Shown here piece after piece: positions 9,936 through 18,832 of a DNA stretch of 58,981 nt (position 1 is its first letter; every line of letters starts with the position of its first letter). Where the stretch lies: positions 1 through 58,981 of IMG/VR virus record IMGVR_UViG_3300031785_000001. One strand, given 5' to 3'. The translations under genes were made by a program, and so were the position numbers. The notes below the pieces were generated by a model. The model had not been told where the DNA came from. It saw nothing but the letters and a program-made list of their open reading frames with translations, and ran no database searches. The stretch comes from a virus. Taxonomy: Duplodnaviria; Caudoviricetes.

Positions 9936-11123
9936 TTATTTAGTTGACCAATTCTTAATGTATGTATGTACCTTGTCTTGAAGTAATTCAAGACCGCACT
10001 CTGTCAGATACTCGTGTTTTACGCTATCTGCGTCTGGTGACTGTCGGTTTTCCAATAGTGATGTATCTCTGCCCTCAAGATACCTGTAAGACAGATATGG
10101 GAAATCTACAATAATCATTGCATTTTTCATGCCCGGAACTTGTCGGAACTGAGGATGCAAGTGAACAAGTAGGTCTCCAGCAAAGGTATTATATCGAGTT
10201 AAGTTAACTCCATATGCACCTTCATATGCTGTAGGTTGCCATCTGTCTTTACCAATCTGTTGAAGATTGTTAGCTACAGTTTCACCAACGAAAGCAATCT
10301 TCTGCTTAGAACCGTATTTGAATACGGATGAAATTAGAAGACTATCAAACCCAGCTTCAGTCATCTGACCTGCGGCTGAACCGCCGTAGCTTGAGTATGA
10401 AGTTGTGATGTCTGTAACATTAGTAAGACTATTTAGCAAACCACCAGTGAAACGAGTTGGTTGAGCAGAGGAGCCGTTTGACTCATGCTTTGTACCAAAG
10501 AACATAGCTCTTTCAATATCACTCATGTGAAGTTTAAGAGCTTTGGTCATAGCCTCGTCCAACTTATCGCCAGTACGCAAATATGTAGACTGTAATGTTC
10601 CTGATACTTGGAACGCAGTTCTGAATATTTGTGTGTAGTTACTAGCTACAGTTGCGTCAAAACTAATTGCTGTAGGAGAGTTTCCACCTTCCTGAGCCGC
10701 GAAGCCCGCAATAAATAGTTCTGCGTTATCAGCAATCTGGTGAGTAGTACCGCCAATGTTACGAGTTACTGCAAGAGTAGTTCCTGTAGTATCTGCTGTA
10801 ACATGCATTACTTCGCCAGTTTCACTGTTAACAACAATGGAGCCAGTGATAGCAAATTTGTTGTCGTCACTAGAGTCAATGGTAATAGATGCTGTAGTAG
10901 CAGAAGCTATTGCCCCATCAACTTTTAGTTTTCTGTCTGGTAGCTCATCTCTAAAGTTTTTGAACTCAGGGTCGTCAGTTGATTCTGAAGAACCCATTGC
11001 AAGCAAAGCGTTTAAAGGTGCGTTACCGTTTGGTTCGAGAAGCGTGAATAGCTCTCTATAGTTTTTTGGGCGGAAATCAGTCGAAAACTCGCCTGTTCCG
11101 CGCAATCCTTGAATAGCCGCCAT
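9936..11123 (-). CDS. Major capsid protein (HK97 fold, SU10/DUF5309-like)
   Basis: NYTQIFR, DIERAMFFG, RFTGGL, EYLTECGLE motifs; between scaffold gene and terminator. Confidence 0.9.
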   Translation of the reverse strand: MAAIQGLRGTGEFSTDFRPKNYRELFTLLEPNGNAPLNALLAMGSSESTDDPEFKNFRDELPDRKLKVDGAIASATTASITIDSSDDNKFAITGSIVVNSETGEVMHVTADTTGTTLAVTRNIGGTTHQIADNAELFIAGFAAQEGGNSPTAISFDATVASNYTQIFRTAFQVSGTLQSTYLRTGDKLDEAMTKALKLHMSDIERAMFFGTKHESNGSSAQPTRFTGGLLNSLTNVTDITTSYSSYGGSAAGQMTEAGFDSLLISSVFKYGSKQKIAFVGETVANNLQQIGKDRWQPTAYEGAYGVNLTRYNTFAGDLLVHLHPQFRQVPGMKNAMIIVDFPYLSYRYLEGRDTSLLENRQSPDADSVKHEYLTECGLELLQDKVHTYIKNWSTK

Positions 11124-11248
11124 GATAAAATCCTCCTGTGGCTGGTTAAAAAATTACGAAACATTCGAGCAACGAGGGGTCAAAACATCCCAAGACTGCC
11201 CATTTTTTTATGCGAATCGAGCCGTAGCGTGATTCATTGCATAATCAG

Positions 11249-11279
11249 AATATATTACACAAAAAAAAGTTTTTCGTCC
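11249..11279 (-). promoter_or_regulatory. Candidate late promoter GGACGAAA-N17-TATATT upstream of capsid gene
   Basis: Motif family member directly after the scaffold terminator. Confidence 0.5.
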
Positions 11280-11285
11280 TTATGT

Positions 11286-11330
11286 AAAAAAAACCCCTCA
11301 CTCTTTGCTCAAAGGCTCCGAAGTGAGGGG
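11286..11330 (-). terminator. Intrinsic terminator after scaffold gene
   Basis: CCCCTCACT/AGTGAGGGG stem plus T8. Confidence 0.7.
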
Positions 11331-11345
11331 AGTCTCAGGGAGAAA

Positions 11346-12407
11346 CTAAGAAATTCCCTTTTGCGCCATTTTACCTGCGGCGAATTTATCGAAGGTTGAT
11401 TCGCCTTGTGGCTCTGTTCCCTGTGCTGTTGGAGATGAACCCATAGAGCCAGTAAATGCTTGGCGTCTTTTGGCTATCTCTCTCATTCTATCCATCTCAG
11501 GTCCGTCCATATTGTTCTTAAAGTCAGACATAACTTTTAAGGTTAGATTGCCGTCAATAAAGTCTTCCATAGTGTAACCGCGTTCTGCGGCAAACAGCAT
11601 GAAGTCTTGTGCTTTATCGTCTTGCAGACCTAGATGACCTTGTACTCTATCTAAATTGTTAGCTATTTGTTGTCTTGCGGCAGACACTTTGTCTTGCTGT
11701 CCTTGTTGAGACGCATTTTTAGCCGCATCTGCTATACCTTGACCTTGAGCCATGACTTGTCTCAGCATTTGCTGAGTCCTTCCTAGCTCTGCTTTTATTT
11801 GGTCTACCTCGCTTACTCCAGAAACGAGGATGTCTTTATATCCGGGTGGTAATTCTATAGCGTTGTCATCAGACCATTTCTTTAGCAAACCATCTAAATT
11901 GCCGGGTGTTTTCTCTTGAGAGTCTCCAGACTTCTCGCCAGTAGTATTACCCATAGTTGGATTGCTTTGAGCCGCTTTGTAAAGAGCCGTCATTTCCTTA
12001 GCAAGTTGCTGAGGATTCATGCCGGGGTTCTCTCTCATTACAGCTTCGATGACATCGTTAACAGGCTTGTATTGAGCGTTCTTAAAGTTCATTGCAGAAT
12101 ATCTATCGAATGTAGATTTAATCTGATTGGCTGTAAGCTGACGCTTTTCTTGACCTTCACCCCAATCAACATCATAGACAATAGCCTCTTCGACTACTTT
12201 GTCTCCTTCTGTTTCAGGTGAGCCTTGTTCTGCGGCTTTTCCTTGATTGGTTTCTTCTGGTGCTGGTGGTGTTTCACCTGTTGGTTCTCCTGCTTGAGGA
12301 GAAGGTTGAGGAATCGCTCCCTCTTGTGGACCTGCTGGACCTAATTGTTTAGAAGCCAAAGCGTCTATTAAGTTAGCGGCGTCCTCTGGTTTTTGTGGCT
12401 GTGCCAT
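11346..12407 (-). CDS. Capsid scaffolding protein
   Basis: Acidic Pro/Glu-rich N-terminus, helical body, directly upstream of capsid gene. Confidence 0.7.
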   Translation of the reverse strand: MAQPQKPEDAANLIDALASKQLGPAGPQEGAIPQPSPQAGEPTGETPPAPEETNQGKAAEQGSPETEGDKVVEEAIVYDVDWGEGQEKRQLTANQIKSTFDRYSAMNFKNAQYKPVNDVIEAVMRENPGMNPQQLAKEMTALYKAAQSNPTMGNTTGEKSGDSQEKTPGNLDGLLKKWSDDNAIELPPGYKDILVSGVSEVDQIKAELGRTQQMLRQVMAQGQGIADAAKNASQQGQQDKVSAARQQIANNLDRVQGHLGLQDDKAQDFMLFAAERGYTMEDFIDGNLTLKVMSDFKNNMDGPEMDRMREIAKRRQAFTGSMGSSPTAQGTEPQGESTFDKFAAGKMAQKGIS

Positions 12408-12456
12408 TTTTTACTCCTTTCCCAGCCGTAGCGGGGGGTTGTTACAAAATTACCCT

Positions 12457-12488
12457 ACTATGTATCACTACTAATAGGCTTGTCGTCC
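12457..12488 (-). promoter_or_regulatory. Candidate late promoter GGACGACA-N18-CATAGT upstream of scaffold gene
   Basis: Motif family member overlapping the end of the upstream ORF. Confidence 0.4.
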
Positions 12489-12727
12489 TCATTAAGAGCT
12501 ATACTAGCCTCTAGTTTTGCTATCATCCTGTCGGGCATCTCTAGCATCCTATTTGCCGCCCAAATAGAACCACGCCTAAAATTGACTTCATTAATATCCA
12601 TCGTAGGTGATTCGCCTATTTGCATAGCCGCACTTAGAATTTCTTGCTCCATGACCTCTTTAAGGATTTCCCATCCTCTTGAGTTCTTTAAGTCATGGAC
12701 AGCTTTAATATCTGTCTTGTCTGACAT
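12458..12727 (-). CDS. Small head-module protein
   Basis: LKNSRGWEILK...FRRG pattern typical of small genes preceding scaffolds. Confidence 0.6.
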   Translation of the reverse strand: MSDKTDIKAVHDLKNSRGWEILKEVMEQEILSAAMQIGESPTMDINEVNFRRGSIWAANRMLEMPDRMIAKLEASIALNEDDKPISSDT

Positions 12728-12850
12728 TTACTTCTTTAATTTTTTTGAAACCTTTTTAGATTTTCTTGTCTTAGCTTTTCCAGCTATTGTTAGATGTTTT
12801 CCTACATCTCTTATGGCTGGTTTAACTAACTTAAGTTCTAATTTGTTCAT
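12728..12850 (-). CDS. 40-aa basic peptide
   Basis: MNKLELKLVKPAIRDVGKHLTIAGKAKTRKSKKVSKKLKK; AGGAG RBS; fills the gap exactly. Confidence 0.6.
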   Translation of the reverse strand: MNKLELKLVKPAIRDVGKHLTIAGKAKTRKSKKVSKKLKK

Positions 12851-12851
12851 G

Positions 12852-13127
12852 TTAATCTCCTACATTAATTCCGAGTTTCATAAAAACCGCAACAGATATA
12901 AAAACAAGAACTGCGGTGGTAACTATTTGGAGTATGGTTTTACCCATAGTAGACTTAGCTGAACGCCAAGCTGTTAGAAGGTGTCGAAGTTCTTTGATGT
13001 CTTCGGGAGCAGTATCTCCTTCAAGACCAACTTCTTTTAGTGCTTTTCTAGCACCCTGAGTCGCCGCCTCGCTTAGAATAACTTCTAGCTCTCCACGACT
13101 AAGAGTAACCATTACATCTTTATCCAT
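12852..13127 (-). CDS. Small membrane protein (DUF6127-like)
   Basis: GARKALKEVGL..DIKELRHLLTAWR plus C-terminal TM helix. Confidence 0.6.
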   Translation of the reverse strand: MDKDVMVTLSRGELEVILSEAATQGARKALKEVGLEGDTAPEDIKELRHLLTAWRSAKSTMGKTILQIVTTAVLVFISVAVFMKLGINVGD

Positions 13128-13128
13128 C

Positions 13129-13698
13129 TTAAAAACCGCCCCATATTACTAGAGACCTCCGTTTACCGTAAAAAACAGTGTTTGCTCTATGCATCATATA
13201 CGATGGGAATATAGTCATCGTCCCCTTTTTAACATTAGGCTTAGGATTTGGGTGATGATAGAACTGTAATCCGCCTCCGATATAACTTTTAGGGTCGTCT
13301 AATTCAACAGACGCAGATACTAACCGATGAGGTCCGCTTAAGCCAACATCCATATGCCAGCCGTATACATCTAATAAACCATAGTGGGTATATTGTATGT
13401 ACTCAACAAAAGGTAACTCTACCCCCCATTCTTTATGCGCACCTTGTTTAAAACATTCTACAACTTTTTGAACCACAGGAGCCAAAACTTCAAAATGCTC
13501 AGACTCATCAATAAAACATATTTTACCCCGTCTCTTGCTCCACATCTTTTTTGCAAAATTTGGTTTTTCAGTTTTACCTTCTGATGTGATTTTTTCCTCT
13601 GTAACGAAAGCTGTTTCCAATCTTTTGTCTACGGTGTCTGTAACAAGTTTTACTTCTTCATCATTAAGTAACTCGCATTGTATGTAATCAGGTCTCAT
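13129..13698 (-). CDS. 2OG-Fe(II) oxygenase (prolyl-hydroxylase-like)
   Basis: YGWHMD, GGGL, FPSYMMH, RRSLVIW. Confidence 0.85.
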   Translation of the reverse strand: MRPDYIQCELLNDEEVKLVTDTVDKRLETAFVTEEKITSEGKTEKPNFAKKMWSKRRGKICFIDESEHFEVLAPVVQKVVECFKQGAHKEWGVELPFVEYIQYTHYGLLDVYGWHMDVGLSGPHRLVSASVELDDPKSYIGGGLQFYHHPNPKPNVKKGTMTIFPSYMMHRANTVFYGKRRSLVIWGGF

Positions 13699-14504
13699 TT
13701 ATTGCCTTGTTTTTTATTTTTCTTAGGTTCGTTTTTTCTATAACGATTAGATACTGTCTCGTGAGGTCTGCTCCACTGGTTCATCCTGTATTGAGTCCCA
13801 CTACCAATAACACTTTGCCTAAAAACAAAATTACCTGAATAAATTATTCTATCTTCATCTCCTTGATGTTGCTCTGTGTAGTGATTCATAAATGATGGGA
13901 AAACATAAAAGCATCCAACCTCTGGCGGTAGCTTCCATGTCTCGCAAAACAAACTAGCATCATCGTTGTATAACATTCTGAAATGAGCATTAGCTGGATT
14001 CCTAAAAATTATCTTTCCAGTTTCTCCATCTGAAGCTCCATAAAAAACCCAAGACAAGTGTGAATCGGTATGAACATGTTCTGGGATAAAATGTCCTTTA
14101 CCATAGATACTAACCCAAGCATGATTTAATAAGCCTAAGTTTTCTAAGTCTGCGTCTTTCATGTATTTTTCTACCCAGAAAGGGCTGGCACTACAATACC
14201 TATAGCAGGCTTGAAAAGCCTCTTCATGTATTTCTTTGAATGGAGTTAGCCAAGGTTCTGAGAAAAGACTTATGCCAGAGCGGTAGGAACTGTATCCATG
14301 CTCATCATAATCTTCTTTTTTCTCGGCTGTTTGCATCTCGAAAGTGCCTTCGTTTCGCCAAGCATGCGAAAGTTTTGCACCGAGCTTTGGGTCTTCTTTT
14401 AATTTTTCTGCTTGTTCACATAAGGTTTGCGCCAGACTTTCCCATTTTTCTGGTTTGTATCTTATGATTGGAAAGCAGAAGGGTTGGTCTATTGCATAGT
14501 CCAT
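13695..14504 (-). CDS. 2OG-Fe(II) oxygenase (TIGR02466-like)
   Basis: WVSIY..HVH..SHLSWVFY, FPSFMNH, RIIYSGN. Confidence 0.85.
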   Translation of the reverse strand: MDYAIDQPFCFPIIRYKPEKWESLAQTLCEQAEKLKEDPKLGAKLSHAWRNEGTFEMQTAEKKEDYDEHGYSSYRSGISLFSEPWLTPFKEIHEEAFQACYRYCSASPFWVEKYMKDADLENLGLLNHAWVSIYGKGHFIPEHVHTDSHLSWVFYGASDGETGKIIFRNPANAHFRMLYNDDASLFCETWKLPPEVGCFYVFPSFMNHYTEQHQGDEDRIIYSGNFVFRQSVIGSGTQYRMNQWSRPHETVSNRYRKNEPKKNKKQGNK

Positions 14505-14528
14505 ACTTTCCTCTCTAAGTTTAAATTT

Positions 14529-14831
14529 TTACTCTTCCATCTCCTCTTTGACTTGTTCTATAGTCTTATCACCTTTTTCACAGGCGTCAATATCTTCTAG
14601 ACTAAAGTTCAATCCAATGTAAGCCTCTGGAATCCTATCGCCTTGGTCTTCAACTTCAGGAAGCTCTGCTGTTTCAGAAAACTTTCCATCAGAGTAAGTC
14701 CAGCCAACTTTATCTAAATCGGCTTTTTTAGCATCCACCCATGTGCCAACACTATCTGCATCAGCGACATGGGATTCTCTAACTTCAATGACGATGTCAT
14801 TTTCTATCCTTGCTTTGTATTTAGTAGCCAT
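14529..14831 (-). CDS. Hypothetical tail-associated protein
   Basis: VGWTYSDGKF motif typical of genes following Gly-rich fibres. Confidence 0.55.
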   Translation of the reverse strand: MATKYKARIENDIVIEVRESHVADADSVGTWVDAKKADLDKVGWTYSDGKFSETAELPEVEDQGDRIPEAYIGLNFSLEDIDACEKGDKTIEQVKEEMEE

Positions 14832-14835
14832 GTCT

Positions 14836-16344
14836 TTACTCCCACTCTATCATTATGAATCCGGGTCCACCGACACCGCCGTAACCATTTGAACTTGAAG
14901 AGAAGTTTCCTCCTCCTCCGCCACCGCCTCCGCCGAGACCGCCTGCGCCACCGTCACCGTAGTAACCGCCACCTGCTCCGCCTCCACCGAGGATTCCACC
15001 ATTTCCGCCATGACATGAATGTTGGTGAGGAGTGTAAGAGAAGTTATTAGTTCTCATCATACCTTTGTCGTAATAGTAATAAAAATAACTATCGGTGTTT
15101 GAGTGACTGCCCCAAGAGCTTTGGTTGTAGCAACCTGCTCCACCACCTCCGGCTCCGGGTCCACCGTCTCCACCTTTAAAAGCATATTGATAACTTGAAT
15201 AACCAGTTCCACCTGCGCCACCTGCCCCGTAAGCAGAAGCTAGTGGTCCCCAAGCAAAGGTGTCTTCACCTAAAGTAAAACTAGTACCGCCACCGCCACT
15301 TTTAGACGCTAGATAAGAAGTAGCTCCGCCACCGCCAGTAGAACCTACACTACTCGCTAGGGTTTGGTCTCCGTGTATGTCTGCATTTTCTGTATGCCAA
15401 TTTTGGTTACTTGAGCCGTAACTAGAGCTACCGTTAGGATATTTTCCGCCAGCAGTACCGTATTTGCCAGCACCACCTTGTTGTGGATTGTTGCTCTGTA
15501 CGCCATTACTACCTGACGCACCGCCGCCTGCGCCACAGCCAGACCAATATTGGACATTACTTGTTGAGTTTCCGCCATGAGTCCAAGCACCGCCATTATT
15601 GGCTCCAACTCCGCCACCAGCACCTGAGTTACTGGTATATCCGCCTGAGTTAGATGCGCCGCCGTTACCGCCGTTACCTAAGACGAAACCTGCCGCTCCG
15701 CCTCCGCCTGAACCATAAGGTTCTGGACCAAATCCAAAAGAAAGAGTTGAGCCTGAGCCTCCAGTACCGCCTGAATAATTCATAAAACTGTTTGCAACTA
15801 ATCTTGTGCCACTAGGCTGGCTTGAGCCTCCGCCTCCGCCTGCACTGTAGAAACTTCCTCCAGTTCCACCATTAGATGACATGTTGATTTCGGTAGAACT
15901 TAAAGTTCCACTACCTTGTACAGTACTGCTTTGACCATTGGCTTGTTGTCCAGTGCCTTGAGAGTATCCAGAACTGCCGGGGTGTATTGATAAAGTTTCC
16001 CCTGCTGATACAGTAAATTTCGCTAGAGAGAAGCCACCGCCTCCTCCACCACCACCGCCGTGATAGTGTGTGCCTTGAGGACTTCCGCCTCCTCCGCCTG
16101 CTCCTACACATGTAACTCTAATCTCAGTTACACCTGATGGAACAGTCCATGTTGTTGCACTGTTGTACCAGTTTGAGCTAGTTGCTCCTGAAATGTTATT
16201 GTAGTTCTGACAATAACCTGTATTAAACCCAGTTGCTACTAGGTCTGGTCTTCCGAAGAAAAGAGAAAAGTTTTTATATTTTCTTTGGTCTCCTCCAGAA
16301 GTTGAACCGCTACCTGCTGTTTGTTGTGATAATAAAAAAGCCAT
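14836..16344 (-). CDS. Glycine-rich tail fibre/receptor-binding protein
   Basis: WTVPSGVTEIRVTCVGAGGGGG...GGPGFIMIEW; start moved to MAFLL by TAATG coupling. Confidence 0.75.
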   Translation of the reverse strand: MAFLLSQQTAGSGSTSGGDQRKYKNFSLFFGRPDLVATGFNTGYCQNYNNISGATSSNWYNSATTWTVPSGVTEIRVTCVGAGGGGGSPQGTHYHGGGGGGGGGFSLAKFTVSAGETLSIHPGSSGYSQGTGQQANGQSSTVQGSGTLSSTEINMSSNGGTGGSFYSAGGGGGSSQPSGTRLVANSFMNYSGGTGGSGSTLSFGFGPEPYGSGGGGAAGFVLGNGGNGGASNSGGYTSNSGAGGGVGANNGGAWTHGGNSTSNVQYWSGCGAGGGASGSNGVQSNNPQQGGAGKYGTAGGKYPNGSSSYGSSNQNWHTENADIHGDQTLASSVGSTGGGGATSYLASKSGGGGTSFTLGEDTFAWGPLASAYGAGGAGGTGYSSYQYAFKGGDGGPGAGGGGAGCYNQSSWGSHSNTDSYFYYYYDKGMMRTNNFSYTPHQHSCHGGNGGILGGGGAGGGYYGDGGAGGLGGGGGGGGGNFSSSSNGYGGVGGPGFIMIEWE

Positions 16345-18254
16345 TAGACTATCCTCCATCCATTTGTGGCATCTGAATAGACAAGTTCAAAAGCCGCGTT
16401 TTTAACATCGCATGTCATATCATCGGAATTTCCCTGTATGACAAGACCATTTCTAGCAACAGTTAAGTTGTTGCTACCTCCAACCGCGAAGCTACCAGAC
16501 TGGTCAACTATTGCGACTGTATCTCCATATGTGGCTGAAGCAGGAAGCGTTAGGGTAAATGCACCCCCTGATGTATCAACAAAATATCCATTGCCTGAAG
16601 TTGCAGTTGTATTGGCACTTATATTAGTCCAACTTAAACCTGAAGTTTCCCAGACATAATTTGTTCCATCAGTTTGAAGGAATTTACCAGCTTGTCCTGT
16701 TGTAGAAGGTAAAACATATGACCCACCAGCCGCAAGTTGTGTCCATTTACTTGCGCCCAAATCTGTTGCGAATGTACCAGAAGTGTGGGTAGAAGCGGCT
16801 ATGTAGGTTGAAGAACCTTGAGTAACAACATCATCTTTTATGTAATCTGTTGCTGTCGCCCATGCTCCAGTAAACCTAATACCACCAGCGAATAGCTCCC
16901 ATTTACTAGCCGCTAAATCTGTAGCAAATGTTCCAGAAGAATGTGCTACAAGACATCTATAAGAGTTACCCCCATGAGATACGATGTCTCCGGGTTCGTA
17001 TGCAGTTGTAGTGGACCAAGTCCCCTCGTTCTTTATACCAGTTATGAAAGAGTCCCAGTAGGTCGTATCTGTAGGGAGGTTTCCAGTGGTGTCTTGTTTA
17101 GCTTTATAAAGCGAACCACCATAGGAAACTAAATCGTTTAATGTATAAGCTGTTGTATTGTTATATGCGCCCTCAGCAACGAAACCTTGTAGATATACTG
17201 CCCAATAAGTTCCGTTAGATACTGCGTTGCCTGTACTTGGCTGTAAGCATCTGTAAAGGTTTGCACCAGAAGACACAACATCATTTAACACATAAGCTGT
17301 TGCCGCATCGTAAGCACCTTTAAATGCATTACCTGCTACTAGCTGTGACCAATATGATGTGTCTGTTGGAACATTACCTGTTGTCTCTGCTGTACACACA
17401 AAAGATGATGCGCCGTAAGACACAATATCGTTAACTTTGTATGTTGTTGCCGCTTGGTAAGTTCCAGCGTGAGCCATGCCGGGGACAAATAATTCCCAAT
17501 GAGTTGTAGATGTAGGAGCGTTTCCTGTTGTTTCTACTTTAGCTCTGAAGGTATTACCTCCATAAATAACTACATCGTCTGGGACATAAGCTGTGGAGCC
17601 ATTGTAATCTCCTCTAGCTTTTACACCGCCAGTAAACTTCAGCCAGTATGCTGTGTCTGTTGGTAAGTTTCCTGTAGTGTCTTGGATAGCTATATATGTG
17701 CTTGCTCCGTAAGCTACAACACTATGCTTTCCGTAAGCTGTTGAATTGTTGTAGACGCCTTCTACACCAATACCTTCTAGCATTACTTCCCAATAAGTAG
17801 TGTCTGTTGGAACATTTCCAGTAGTGTCTAGCTTTGCTATGTATATTGATTTACCACCATACTGAACCATATCGCCTTTTTGATAAGCGGTTACGGCATC
17901 ATAAGTGCCTTCCCACTGTATTCCGTCTGCGAATTGTGACCAGTATGTGGCGTTAGGTGGTGTGTTGCCTGTGCTGTCTAGAATACAAATGTAAACTTTA
18001 CCACCATGAGCTACACCATCACCAACTCTGTAGTTGGCACTGTTTGAGTAATCTCCAATAAAACGGAAACCTTCTACCATCAATGCCCAATATGCTGGGT
18101 CTGTTGGTACTTTACCTGACTGTTTTAATCCATATGTGTAAACATAAACATTACCGCCATACTTGACGATGTCATTGGCTTCGTATGTTGTTGCGGCGTC
18201 ATACGCGCCTGCGAAGTGAAATCTCAGCTTCCCTAAATCTATTATCTGGCTCAT
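16344..18254 (-). CDS. Tail fibre with ~10 tandem CBM5/12-like repeats
   Basis: Repeat GxY...Y..DxVxYGG..Y......TGNxP.....W; C-terminal YFVDTSGGAFTLTLPAS domain. Confidence 0.75.
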   Translation of the reverse strand: MSQIIDLGKLRFHFAGAYDAATTYEANDIVKYGGNVYVYTYGLKQSGKVPTDPAYWALMVEGFRFIGDYSNSANYRVGDGVAHGGKVYICILDSTGNTPPNATYWSQFADGIQWEGTYDAVTAYQKGDMVQYGGKSIYIAKLDTTGNVPTDTTYWEVMLEGIGVEGVYNNSTAYGKHSVVAYGASTYIAIQDTTGNLPTDTAYWLKFTGGVKARGDYNGSTAYVPDDVVIYGGNTFRAKVETTGNAPTSTTHWELFVPGMAHAGTYQAATTYKVNDIVSYGASSFVCTAETTGNVPTDTSYWSQLVAGNAFKGAYDAATAYVLNDVVSSGANLYRCLQPSTGNAVSNGTYWAVYLQGFVAEGAYNNTTAYTLNDLVSYGGSLYKAKQDTTGNLPTDTTYWDSFITGIKNEGTWSTTTAYEPGDIVSHGGNSYRCLVAHSSGTFATDLAASKWELFAGGIRFTGAWATATDYIKDDVVTQGSSTYIAASTHTSGTFATDLGASKWTQLAAGGSYVLPSTTGQAGKFLQTDGTNYVWETSGLSWTNISANTTATSGNGYFVDTSGGAFTLTLPASATYGDTVAIVDQSGSFAVGGSNNLTVARNGLVIQGNSDDMTCDVKNAAFELVYSDATNGWRIV

Positions 18255-18496
18255 AGCATCTCCAATAATAAGTGACCCGAAGAGTTAATTGTGAATCTGA
18301 AAGTGTCTTCAGACCACACATAAGTTTTATACCCTGTAGGGTCGGTTATATTCTCGTCTGGAAGTACCACAGTTGTCGTCCCATCATTGATGATTTCTAC
18401 TGTTAAGTCTCCAGTTGCATTATCTAGCTTAAAGCCATAAAAAGTCTTATCCGCTAGTGCAGTTCCTGTGTATATTCCCTTCGCTGGCTCAGACAT
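18251..18496 (-). CDS. Small tail protein
   Basis: Coupled start/stop overlaps within the tail operon. Confidence 0.6.
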   Translation of the reverse strand: MSEPAKGIYTGTALADKTFYGFKLDNATGDLTVEIINDGTTTVVLPDENITDPTGYKTYVWSEDTFRFTINSSGHLLLEML

Positions 18497-18828
18497 TAAT
18501 CAACATCCTCTAATACTGACACGACACAATCAAGGCTGTTATCGACTTTGGAACTAACATTTATTTTTTCTCCAGCTTGTAACACTAACTTTTTACCACT
18601 GAGGAAGTCTTGTGTCGTCCCGCCTTTAACCCTTGTGCTAAGTGCTAAGTGAATGACAGTATTGTCTGCTTTTATGAGCTTCACCTCTACAGGAAGTGAT
18701 GCCCCAGTTATGTTGGAAACAGCACAACCTATGAGAATAGATTTCTTTGATGAAGGAACAGTATATACATCTGTCCCTGTCGTTCCTATTGCGTCTGATG
18801 TAGCATTTTTAAAATTGTAAGCCGCCAT
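18496..18828 (-). CDS. Small tail/virion beta protein
   Basis: FKNA..VYTVP..KLVLQAGEKI..LDCVVSVLE pattern. Confidence 0.65.
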   Translation of the reverse strand: MAAYNFKNATSDAIGTTGTDVYTVPSSKKSILIGCAVSNITGASLPVEVKLIKADNTVIHLALSTRVKGGTTQDFLSGKKLVLQAGEKINVSSKVDNSLDCVVSVLEDVD

Positions 18829-18832
18829 ATTT

